Shown here one piece after another: positions 11,923-23,436 of a DNA stretch of 64,000 nt. Source of the stretch: Heptranchias perlo (taxonomy: Eukaryota); assembly GCF_035084215.1 (NCBI RefSeq), contig NC_090338.1:7874001-7938000 (forward strand), read 5' to 3'. Under the pieces are notes generated by a model. That model did not search any database. It was not told the DNA's origin and saw only the letters and a list, made by a program, of their open reading frames with translations. Each line of letters starts with the position of its first letter. Within the stretch, counting starts at the first letter, position 1. The position numbers were made by a program, and so were the translations under genes.

Positions 11923-14900
11923 GGGCACAGTAGCATAGTGGTTATGTTACTGGTGCTCGTAATCTGGAGTATATGAGTTCAAATCTCTGCTTCTGGTAGC
12001 TGGGGAATTTGATTTCAGTTAATTAAATAAAATCTGGAATAAAAAGCTAGTATTAGTAAAAGTGACCATGAAACTACCAGATTGATGTAAAAACCCATCT
12101 GGTTCACTAATGTCTTTTAGGGAAGGAAACCTGTCTTCCTTACCTAGTCTGGCCTATATGTGACTCCAGACCAACAGCAATGTGGTTGATTCTGAAATGG
12201 CCTGGCAAGCCACTCAGTTGTACAATCTCGCTACAAAAAGACATAATAAGAATAAAACCGCACGGACCACTAGGCACTGGACATGACAAAGGCAAACCAA
12301 GCCCAGTTGACCCTGCAAAGTCCTCCTCACTAACATCCGGGGAATTGTGCCAAAATTGGGAGAGCTGTCCCACAGACTAGTCAAGCAATAGCCTGACATA
12401 ACCATAGTCACAGGATCGTACCTTTCAGTCAATGTCCCAGACTCCTCCATCACCATTCCTGGGTATGTACGGTCCCATCGGCAGGACAGACCCACCAAAG
12501 GTGGTATACAGTCAGGAGGGAGTCCTCAACATTGACTCCGGACCCCATGAAGTCTTATGGCATTAGGTCAAAAATTGGCAAGCAAACCTCCTGTTGATTA
12601 TCACCTACCACCATCTCTCAGCTGATGAATCAGTACTCCTCCATGTTGAGCACCACTTGGAGGAAGCACTAAGGGTAGCAAGGGCACAGAATGTACTCTG
12701 GATTGGGTGCTTCAATGTCCATCACCAAAAATGGCTCGGTAGCACCACTGCTGGCCGAGTTTTTAAGGACATAGCTGACAGGCAGGGCTGCAGCAGGTGG
12801 TGAGAGAACCAACACGAGGGAAAAACCTACTTGACCTCGACCTCACCAATCTACCTGTCACAGATGCATCTGTCCATGACAGTATTGGTAGGAGTGACCA
12901 CCGCATAGTGCTTGTGGAGAAGAAGTCCCGTCTTCACACTGAGGACACTCAGTTGTGTGGCACTACCACCATGCTAAATCGGATAGATTCAGAACAGATC
13001 TAGCAGCTCCAAATTGGACATCCCATGAGGCACTGTGAGCCATCAGCAGCAGCAGAACTGTATTCCACCACAATCTGTAACCTCATGGCCCGGTGTATCC
13101 CTCACTCTATCATTACCATCAAGGCAAGGGATCAACCCTGGTTCAATGAGGAATGTAGAACAGCATGCCAGGAGAAGCACCAGGCAAACCTAAAAATGAG
13201 GTGCCAACCTGGTAAAGCTATAACATGCATGCTAAGCAGCGGAAGCAGCATGCTATAGACAGAGCTAAACAATCCCACAACCAACGGATCAGATCAAAGT
13301 TCTGCAGTCCTGCCACATCCAGTGGACAATTAAACAACTAACGGGAGGAGGAGACTCCGTGAACATCTCCATCCTCAATGATGGCTGAGCCCAGCACGTG
13401 AGTGCAAAAGACATGGCTGAGGCATTTGCAACTATCTTCAACCAGAAGTGCCGAGTGGATGATGCATCTCAGCCTTCTCCCGAGATCCCCACCATCACAG
13501 AAGCCAGTCTTCAGTCAATTTGATTCACTCCACGTGATATCAAGAAATGGCTGAGTGCACTGGATACAGCAAAGGCTATGGGCCCCGACAACATCCCGGC
13601 TGTAGTGCTGAAGACTTGTGCTTCAGAACTAGCTGTGCCTTTGCCAAGCTGTTCTAGTACAGATACAATACTGGCTTCTACTCGACAAAGTAGAAAATTG
13701 CCTAGGTATGTCCTGTCCACAAAAAGCAGGACAAATCCAATCCAGGTAATTACTGCCCCATCAGTCTACTCTCAATCATCAGCAAAGTGATGGAAGGTGT
13801 TGTCGACAGTGCTATCAAGCAGCACTTACTTACCAATAACCTGCTCACCGATGCTCAGTTCGGGTTCCGCCAGGACCACCCGGCTCCAGAGCTCATTACA
13901 GCCTTGGTCCAAACATGGACAAAAGAGCTGAATTCCAGAGGTGAGGTGAGAGTGACTGCCCTTGACATCAAGACAGCATTTGACCGAGTGTGGCATCAAG
14001 GAGCCCTCGTATAGCTGAAGTCAATGGGAATCAGGGGGAAAACTCTCCAGTGGCTGGAGTCATACCTAGCACAAAGGAAGATGGTAGTGGCTGTTTGGAG
14101 GCCAATCATCTCAGCCCCAGGACATTGCTGCAGGTGTTCCTCAGGGCAGTGTCTTCGGCCCAACTATCTTCAGCTGCTTCATCAATGACCTTCCCTCCAT
14201 CATAAGGTCAGAAGTGGGGATGTTCGCTGATAATTGAACATCATTCAGTTCCATTCGCAATCCCTCAGATAATGGAGCAGTCCGTGCCCACATGCAGCGA
14301 GACCTGGACAACATCCAGGCTTGGGCTGATAAGTGGCAAGTAACATTCACACTAGACAAGTGCCAGGCAATGACCAACTCCAACAAGAGAGAGTCTAATC
14401 ACCTCCCTTTGACATTCAACTGCATTACCATCGCCGAATCTCCCAACATCAACATCCTGGAGGTCACCATTGACCAGAAACTTAACTGGACCAGCCACAT
14501 AAATACTGTGGCTATAAGAGCAGGTCAGAGGCTTTGAATTCTGCGGCAAGTGACTCACCTCCTGACTCCCCAAAGCCTTTCCACCATTTACAAGGCACAA
14601 GTCAGGAGTATGATGGAATGCTTTCCATTGGCCTGGACGAGGCTAGCTCCAACAACATTCAAGAAGCTCGACACCATCCAGGACAAAGCAGGCCACTTGA
14701 TTGGTACCCCATCCACCACCCTAAACATTCACTCCCTCCTCCACCGGTGCACGTGGCTGCAGTGTGCACCATCCACAGGATGCACTGCAGCAACTCGCCA
14801 AGGCTTCTTTGACAGCACCTCCCAAACCCGTGACCTCTACCACCTAGAAGGACAAGGACAGAAGGCGCATGGGAACAACACCACCTGCACGTTCCCCTCC

Positions 14901-15128
14901 GAGTCACACACCATCCCGACTTGGAAATATATCACCGTTCCTTCATCGTCGCTGAGTCAAAATCCTGGAACTCCCTTCCTAACAGCACTGTGGGAGAACC
15001 ATCACCACACAGACTGCAGCTGTTCAAGAAGGTGGCTCACCACCACCTTCTCAAGGGCAATTAGGGATGGGCAATAAATGTCGGCCTCGCCAGCGACGCC
15101 CACATCCCATGAATGAATTAGAAAAAAT
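11923..15128 (+). mobile_element. Essentially full-length (~3.2 kb) ORF1-less CR1-group LINE 'family Z': tRNA-like 5' head, APE endonuclease, RT, 3' hairpin, A-rich tail; this copy is inactivated by stops and frameshifts
   Basis: A box TAGCATAGTGG 11931-11941 and B box GTTCAAATC 11977-11985. EN motifs (FNVHH, LLDLDLTN, GRSDH) and RT motifs (QFGFR, ALDIKTAFDRVWH, PQGSV, MFAD). Ends GGGCAATAAATG...CCCATGAATGAA. Confidence 0.88.
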
Positions 15129-15154
15129 TACAGTTCTGCCGGTGGAGGTGTTGC

Positions 15155-15370
15155 ACTTATACAGCACTTTTCACAATCTCAGTACATCCCAAAGCGTTTA
15201 CAGCCAATGAAGTACTTTTTGAAGTGCAGCCACTGTTATAATGTAGGAAACACATCAACCAATTTGCTCACAGCAAGGTCCCACAAACAGCAATGAGATA
15301 AATGACCAGATCATCTGTTTTAGATGTTGGTTGAGGGACAAATGTTGACCAGGATTCAGGGAGGACTCTC
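15155..15370 (-). mobile_element. Deu-domain SINE 3' fragment
   Basis: Same motifs as 7595-8015. Confidence 0.7.
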
Positions 15371-16204
15371 CTTGAATATGAATTTAAAATGGGGACTGAA
15401 TTATGTCTGCACACGCTGGTCCAATTATCACCGCCCTTTAAATCTGCTTCACCTGAAGACTACACTTCGTTGTGATACCATTGTGGAATGCCAAAGGAAA
15501 TTTACCAGTAGGGACTAAAAATTCTTAAATAAAGTTAGTTTGAAAAGAATAGAGAATTTTAATAAAATCCTGCTCTTTGAATTTTAAATGAAATCTAATG
15601 GAAATTTAAGAAGTAATTTAGAACACTGCATTTTGTTACTTCTGTTGCGTATTTCATTCTACTTACAATTATTATTAATTGTATACACCATTGCACAATC
15701 TGACACTAGAAAAACATATTAGTAATTTGTTGCTCTGTTAGAATCAGTGCAGCTCTGGAGGGTGGATTTCTAAATGGCTAATGAGCATTTACAAATTCAA
15801 AACACCAACAATACCAATCAGTAACTTATAGGGCAATGTTATGTTAGAAGTACCAGTTTTAGATCAATATGTGCTTAGATTGATGTAGGGGCAGCAGACC
15901 CAAGTTATAATGCTGGCTCTACATCACTCACTGACAAGAGGAAACAGCTCTGCACAGGCGTAGCTCCACTCACTGATTGAATTCTAACGTTTATAAAGAG
16001 CCAGCTGTCCCTGAGCTTTCTGTTAACAATAAAAAGATTCTGAATGAAATGTAAAAAGTTCCTAAGTGGTACCATAATATGGTTTGAAACTTTTACAATT
16101 TCACTACACACTGATTGCAGCTATTGTACAGCCCCCCTAATGCTGAAAATGTGCAAGACCGTTGTGCTGAAATTGCTCTTGCATTGCTTGCCTAAATTCA
16201 ATTG

Positions 16205-16640
16205 TTTTTAAAATTTGTTCTCAGGATGCAGATGCTGCTGGCAAGGCCGCATTTTTTGACCACACCTAGTTTCCCTGAGAAGGTGGTGATGGGACTTCTT
16301 TTTGGTCACTGCAATGATGGTGCTCCCACTATAGTGTCAAGTTGGGAATTCCAGGATATCGATCCAGCGACAATGAAGGAATGGCGATATATGTCGATGT
16401 CAGGATGGTGTGTGAATTGGAGGGGAACTTGGAGGCGATGGTGATCCCACAACATTGCTGCTCTTGTTCTTCATGGTGGTAGAGGTCACAGGGGAGGGAG
16501 GTGCTGTTGAAGTAAGTGCGGCGGGTTGTTACAATGCATCCCGTAGATATTACATGCTGCACCACAGCATGCTGGTAATGGAGTAGGTGGATACTGAGTC
16601 CAGGGGTTGATGCACTGATCAAAGGAACTGCTGATTTGAA
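16205..16640 (-). mobile_element. Older, diverged family-Z LINE 3' fragment
   Basis: Reverse complement resembles 14700-15120 (GAGAAGGTGGTG, CCAGGAT..GA.CCAGCGAC.ATGAAGGAA). Confidence 0.7.
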
Positions 16641-17019
16641 TGACTTCAAATGAGAAAGACAATACGCAGAATTACAATACACAATGCCAAGCTGGAGCCT
16701 TTTGCATCAACCAAAATGCACAGTGTAACTGGCCAATTATTTTACTGGCCCATGACAGTAAGCATCACCGGGCAAAGCTCCATCATGCATGAGATAATAG
16801 TTTTTATTCTTTCCTGGTAGCTACCAGGAGTCCATTCTTTCAGTGAGTGAGATTTGTGGGCAATACATAAAAAAAGTTAAATTAGTTCATGACTATATTC
16901 TGGAAATAGTCACTGAAGATCATAATGCAAATTAGTAACTGGCATCACAAAACATTAGTTTCCTATTTTCTAAAAAAATGTTGATAAGGAGCTAGGTAGG
17001 ACGTAGGCTTCACACATCT

Positions 17020-17545
17020 TTTTTTTCAAAAAATATACTTTATTCATAAAATTTGCAGCAATACATACAATACAGTTGTCATATCACATTCCAAACGTAC
17101 ACAATACAGATTATATAATTTGCAGGTTACATCAAGTACAGTTCAATGAACACATTGGACATAATTACAGTTCATGACACTCTAGGGTGCCTCATTGCAT
17201 TACACTCAATACACATTTTTGATAACAGGTACGTTACAGATTCTTTACAGGTTCATTACAGATTCATTACGGTTACATTACATCAATTAAAATTTTACAT
17301 TCTGCCCGAGGGGGTTTTTCCCTGATTGCAGCCCCTCGGTATACAATGGCGGGAAGACTCTAAACGGTTGCCTTTCCCCACAGAGCCTTTGCGGCGGCCG
17401 CACCCATCCTCAGTGCGTCCCTCAGCACGTAGTCCTGGACCTTGGAATGTGCCAGTCTACAACACTCGGTCGAGGACAGCTCCTTGTACTGGAAGACCAG
17501 CAAGTTTCGGGCAGACCAAAGGGCATCTTTCACTGAGTTGATGGT
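17020..17545 (-). mobile_element. 5'-truncated Tx1/L1-clade LINE with a 12-bp TSD
   Basis: Minus-strand ORF end INSVKDALWSARNLLVF...RLAHSKVQDYVLRDAL...WGKATV*. T-run at 17019 (the poly-A tail). TSD CTTCACACATCT at 17008-17019 and 17546-17557. Confidence 0.85.
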
Positions 17546-18436
17546 CTTCACACATCTAATATACTTATTTTTTTGACTTGTGGAACTTGTGTTTGAAAGC
17601 AGATCAGGCTGATGGGATAGAATTCCCCTCTCACTTTTGTCCTGGCTGTAAGGGTGTTGCAGTAAAGGGGTATGGACATCCTGAACGTAGTTCCCAGGCA
17701 GCATGAGTCTATAAGTCAAAACACAAAATGAAATTGGCATTAAGCCACACTGGGGTCAAAAAATTCTCCAGTACTTTGTGTAATGACATCGTAAATGAAT
17801 TCATGAGCTGCTCTGCTTGGTGTCTCCAGTGAAATCGTAAATGCGTTCCTTTAGAATGTATTTGCTAGAAACACCCAACAGAGGAAGTCTTTAAGGATAC
17901 ATTTATGATGTTACTGCACGTAGTGACCACAAGAAATCTTGAAGGAAAAAAAGAAGTTGCATCTATACATTTTATTCCATTGTTGGACAGAGTGGAGGGA
18001 ATCATTAACCTCCATCCAACCCATTGTATACAATATCTGATCTGGATGCCGATGGAAGTGTTCCATTCCAAGCACTCGCATCACTTGCATAAACACAAAA
18101 GTCGATTTTTTTTTAGAGTCCAAAGGAAAGTGAATCGTGACGGTGGGGTTACGGCTGTGATATGAACGGTTCCCTGTGAAAGTGTCCTCAGACTGTGAAC
18201 ACTAAGACACAATGCAGGCCACATTGTGTAAATCTGTAGTGAATGGTTTACTGCAGTGGGCTTCAAGTGCAGTCAATATATTTCTATAATAGTCGCTGGT
18301 TATTGTTGCTATATTTTTAAAACCGCTTCAGTACAATGAAACACCAGTGCTAAGCCATGTTAAATGTGCTGATTTAAACCTTTAAAAGGAAAGCAATCTG
18401 CAAAAGCAAAGGAACACAATAGCAAACTGCCATGTC

Positions 18437-18785
18437 TTTTTTTGATTCATTTTCAGGATGTGGGGGTTGCTGGCAAGGCCGGCGTTTTATTGCCCGATCC
18501 GAGTTGCCCTGAACTGAGTGGCTTAAGAGGGCAGTTAAGAGCTACGTTGGTGTGGGAGTGGAGCCACATTTAGGCCAGACAGGGAAGGGGGCAGGTTTCC
18601 CTCCCCAAAGGACATCAGTGAACCAGTTGTGTTTTATATAACAATCCAACAGCTTCATGGTCACTTTTACTGATACCAACTTTTCATTTCCAGATTTTGA
18701 AAACTAAATTCAAATTCTCAAGCTGCCACGGTGGGATTTGGAACTCACATTGTCTGGATTATTAGTCCAGAAATACAACCATGCC
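18437..18785 (-). mobile_element. tRNA-headed SINE equal to the 5' ~300 nt plus 3' ~65 nt of LINE family Z
   Basis: Reverse complement aligns to 11930-12220 (head, GTGACCATGAA, CTGGTTCACT, CCACTCAGTT) and then jumps to the LINE 3' end (AGGGCAA...GGGCAATAAA...CTTGCCAGC...CACATCC). Confidence 0.8.
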
Positions 18786-19699
18786 CTTTCTCTTAAATAC
18801 ACGTTGCCAAGAAATCTCGAGAGACAGGGGATATTTAGGTGAAAGATTTAGTTCATCCAATTTAGAGTATTTTGAGATACATTACTTGTTGTACGTAAAA
18901 CCTCCGTGCTTGAATTTTCAACGGGGGATCCAGACAATTACTGAAACTAGTACTTTGAAAATCCCGCTGCGTTCGTCTTTGTCCAATGTCAGTTGTTCAC
19001 AATGACTAGCGACCGTTTGGAAAATCTGTTCCTTGTCCCCAGGGGAGGGTCACTATAAACTATCCACTGAAACAATTAACGCCAGCTATTGTTCGAACAA
19101 ATGACGGACGCTTCTCGGCAAAGTTAAGCATCAGCCCCTCATTGATAAACGAAGCAACAGATTTGGCGAAGTGAGATTGGCGATTTAACTGTCAGAAGAG
19201 CCCCGATTGTCACGGTAGGATTCTCTGAATGGAAGAAAAACGCATTCATCGGAATCAGAAGCTTCAACTGCCTGTAAAAGGCGAGGCCAACAGAGTACTT
19301 TGTAAAACATTGAACTCCATCGTTCCCCGTTGTTGCAAAACAAATTAATCTAAAAACCAACGATCTTACTCTGAACAGATCGATATTGTTCATATACTTA
19401 ATTGACCTCACCCTGATTGTGTTGAATTAGCTCATTTTTAAAAAAAGGTGTGATTCCCAGTGTGCAGCCTCCTCCGTGTTAGTTGACACCAACGTCAAAA
19501 ATGATGGATCTCACTTGAAGCAAGTTTGTTTTTAAAGTAAGAAAACAGTTAAAAAACTATTAAAAATAACGTTGAACTGTAAACCTGGGTTTGGATTAAT
19601 GCACATATTCTAAACACTTAAGTCATAAAAGTGCTTTTACTAGACTGATAGTTTGGTGAAGTTGGTACATTCTAGTGTATGAATCGTAAATAAATAAGA

Positions 19700-19785
19700 G
19701 AAATACTGGAAACACAGGAAGTCAGTCCGCATCTAAAAGAAAAAGGACGCAATTCTGATGTAGACCCTTCATCAGAACTGGTGTT
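19700..19785 (-). mobile_element. Penelope-like pLTR remnant with degenerate hammerhead core
   Basis: Minus strand reads CCAGTTCTGATGAAGGGTC..., related to 23650-23793. Confidence 0.5.
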
Positions 19786-19794
19786 AAAATAATT

Positions 19795-20060
19795 GGGGGT
19801 ATAATTATGTTAAACAGTAGTTTGGTATGTGTATGTTAAAAGTAGCATGGGGTATAAGTATGTTAAAAAGTAGTTTGGGTATGAGCTGTGTCAGTGTTTT
19901 TCTGATAACCCTCCTGCCAAGCACCTTGGGACATTTTAGGACGGTAAAGGCGTTATATAAATGCAAGTTGTATGTTAAGAAGCGGCCTGAGATGGGAATA
20001 TGTTAAAAAGTAGATCGGAGTATAAATATGTTAAACAATGGTTTGGATTATGAGTATATT
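19795..20060. repeat. Degenerate ~28-bp minisatellite (ATGTTAAAAAGTAGTTTGGGTAT..) interrupted by an L2 3' end (~19890-19972)
   Basis: About six TATGTTAA-containing units are visible on both sides of an L2 tail. Confidence 0.6.
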
Positions 20061-21314
20061 CACTTATTTTCTTTCTTTGGCGATTAAATCTCAGTAATAC
20101 CAACCATCTATTTGTTTGGAAAATAACACTCGCTATTGGTGGGATAAATATATTAATCACAGTATTACCTTTTTAGCCCTTTTAATACCTACTTTCTTAA
20201 CCTACAAGAAGTCGCTTCTTAAAACATTACAATGTGTTTGAAACGACTTTCAGCATATTTATTAGAAGTTAGAAATGCACAGCAGACCAGTCAATAGAAA
20301 GATAGGTTAAAATAGAAACAGAAAAGAAAACAATATGTATTTAGTTATAGAGGAGCCCTCTCCGATTTCCCAGATTATCCATGCTCTCCTCTCCCCTCTC
20401 CCCAGCCTTCTGCTACTCTGCTGTAAACATTTACACCTCCTCTGAACCCATCTTTTGTTTTCTCATTATCACCTCCTTTCACCTTGCACCATCAACAACA
20501 ACGACTTGCATTTATATAGCGCCTTTAATATAGTAAAACGTCCCAAGGCGCTTCACAGGAGCAATTATCAATCAAAATGTGACACCGAGCCGCATAAGGA
20601 CAGGTGACCAAAAACTTGTACAAAAAGGTAGGTTTTAAGGCGCATCTTAAAAGAGGAGAGAGACGTAGAGAGGTTGAGAGGTTTAGGGAGGGACTTCCAG
20701 AGCTTAAGGCCTAGGCAGCTGAAGGCATGGCCGCCAATGGTGGAGCGATGAAAATCGGGGATGTGCAAGAGGCCAGAATTGGAGGAACACAGAGATCTCG
20801 GAGGGTTGTAGGGCTGGAGGAGATTACAGAGATAGCGAGGGCGAGGCCATGGAGGGATTTGAAAACTAAGGATGAGAATTTTAAAATCAAGGCGGCCAGT
20901 GAGCACAGGGGTGATGGGTGAACAGGACTTGGTGCAGGTTGCATTATGGGCAGCAGAGTTTTGAATGCGCTCAAGTTTACGGAAGGTGCAGGTGGGAGGC
21001 CAACCAGGAGAGCATTGGAATATTTGAGTCCAAGTGTAAGAAATGAATGGATGAGGGTTTAGCAGCAGAGATGGTTTTTTTATTCGTTCATGGGATGTGG
21101 GCATTGCTGGCAAGGCAGGGGCAGAGACAGGTGTTGTTATGGAGGGGAAAGTAGGTGGTCTTGCTGATGGTGAGGATATGGGGTTGGAAGCTCAGCTCAG
21201 GGTCAAGTAGGATGCCAAGATTGTGAACAGTCTGGTTCAGCTTCAGATAATGGCCAGGGAGAGGGATGGAGTTTGTGGTGGGGACCAAAGACAATGGTTT
21301 CCATCTTCCCAATA

Positions 21315-21672
21315 AGAACATAAGGACATAAGAAATAGAAGCAGGAGTATAGCCCCTTGAGACTGCTCTGCCATGCAATAAGATCATGGCTGATCTTTGA
21401 CCTTAACTCCACTTTCCCTCCTGAACCCATATCCCTTGATTCCCCTGGAGTCCAAAAATGTATCGATCTCAACCTTGAATATACTCAACGATTCCTCAGC
21501 CACAGCCTGTTGGGGTAGAGAACTCCAAAGATTCACAACTCTATGAATGAAGAAATTCCTCCTCATCTGAGCCCTAAATGGCCGGCTTCTTGTCCTGCGA
21601 CAATGCCCCCTAGTTCTAGACTCTCCAGCCAGGGGAAACAAGCTCTCAGCATCTAACCTGTCAAGCCTTCTT
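21315..21672 (-). mobile_element. CR1 3' fragment nested in L2
   Basis: Tail AGAACATAAGGACATAAG; ORF MFPLAGESRTRGH..RRNFFIHRVVNLWSSLP. Confidence 0.8.
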
Positions 21673-21789
21673 TAATTTCAATATTTAATTGGAAGAAATT
21701 TCTGCTCATCCAATACTGGATGTTGGACAAGCAGTGTGGCAAATGAAAGGCAGTGGAAGGGTCGTGAGAGTTGGTCGTGAGTTATAGAA

Positions 21790-22988
21790 TCATTACAGCC
21801 TTGGTCCAAACATGGACAAAAGAGCTGAATTCCAGAGGTGAGGTGAGAATGATTGCCCTTGACATCAAGGCGGCATTTGACTGAGTGTGGCACCAAGGAG
21901 CCCTAGTAAAATTGAAGTCAATGGGAATTAGGGGGAAAACTCTCCAGTGGCTGGAGTCTTACCTAGCACAAAGGAAGATGGTAGTGGTTGTTGGAGGCCA
22001 AGCATCTCAGCCCCAGGGCATTGCTGCAGGAGTTCCTCAGGGCAGTGTCCTAGGCCCAACCATCTTCAGCTGCTTCATCAATGACCTTCCCTCCATCATA
22101 AGGTCAGAAATGGGGATGTTCGCTGATGATTGCACAGTGTACAGTTCCATTCGCAACCCCTCAGATAATGAAGCAGTCCGAGCCCGCATGCAACAAGACC
22201 TGGACAACATCCAGGCTTGGGCTGATAAGTGGCAAGTAACATTCGCGCCAGACAAGTGCCAGGCAATGACCATCTCCATGCAGAGAGAGTCTAACGACCT
22301 CCCCATGACATTCAACGGCATTACCATCGTCGAATCCCCCACCATTAACATCCTGGGGGTCACCATTGACCAGAAACTTAACTGGACTAGCCATATAAAT
22401 ACTGTGGCTACAAGAGCAGGTCAGCGGCTGGGTATTCTGCAGTGAGTGACTCACCTCCTGACTCCCCAAAGCCTTTCCACCATCTACAAGGCACAAGTCA
22501 GGAGTGCAGCTCCGACAACACTCAAGAAGCTCAACACCATCCAGGACAAAGCAGCCCGCTTGATTGGCACCCCATCCACCACCCTAAACATTCACTCCCT
22601 TCACCACTGGCGCACTGTGGCTGCAGTGTGTACCATTCACAGGATGTACTGCACCAACTTGCCAAGGCTTCTTCGATAGCACCTCCCAAACCCCTGACCT
22701 CTACCACTTAGATTGACAAGAGCAGCAGGCACAGGGGAACAACACTACCTGCACGTTCCCCTCCAAGTCACACACCATCCCAACTTGGAAATATATCGCC
22801 GTTCATTCATCGTTGCTGGGTCAAAATCCTGAAACTCCCTTCCTACCAGCACTGTGAGAGAACCTTCACCACACGGACTGCAGCGGTTCAAGAAGGTGGC
22901 TCACCACCACCTTCTCAAGGGCAATTAGGGATGGGCAATAAATGCTGGCCTCGTCAGCGACGCCCACATCCCATGAACAAGTAAAAAA
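21790..22988 (+). mobile_element. Family-Z LINE, 5'-truncated (RT to poly-A), nested in a CR1 tail
   Basis: ORF 21885-22445 with GVPQGSVLGP and MFADD; same 3' end as 11923-15128. Confidence 0.88.
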
Positions 22989-22989
22989 G

Positions 22990-23436
22990 TATGGAATCAT
23001 AGAATGGTTACAGCAGAGAAGGAGGTCATTCAGCCCGTCAATCCTGTGCTGGCTGTCTGCAAGAGCAATCCAGCTAGTCCCACTCCCCTGCCCTTTCCCC
23101 ATAGCCCTGCAAATTTTTTCCCTTCAAGTACTTGTCCAATTCCCTTTTGAAGGCCACAATTGAGTCTGCCTCCACCACCCGCTCAGGCAGTGCATTCCAG
23201 ATCATAACCACTCGCCGTGTAAAAAAGTTTTTCCTCATATCGCCCTTAGTTCTTTTGTCAATCACCGTAAATCTATGTCCTCTGGTTCTTGATCCTTCCA
23301 CCAATGGGAACAGTTTCTCTCTATCTGCTCTGTCTATACCCATCATGATTTTGAATACTTCTATCAAATCTCCTCTTAATCTTCTCAGCTCTGAGGAGAA
23401 CAACCCCAGCTTCTCCAAGCTATTCATGTAACTGAA
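22990..23436 (-). mobile_element. CR1 3' fragment
   Basis: Encodes LEKLGLFSSELRRLRGDLIEVFKIM...; GAATCATA tail. Confidence 0.85.

Noticed and set aside
11923-12000. tRNA gene
   Set aside because: It has A/B boxes but no complete cloverleaf, and it continues into retroelement sequence. The same applies at 47886 and 33365.
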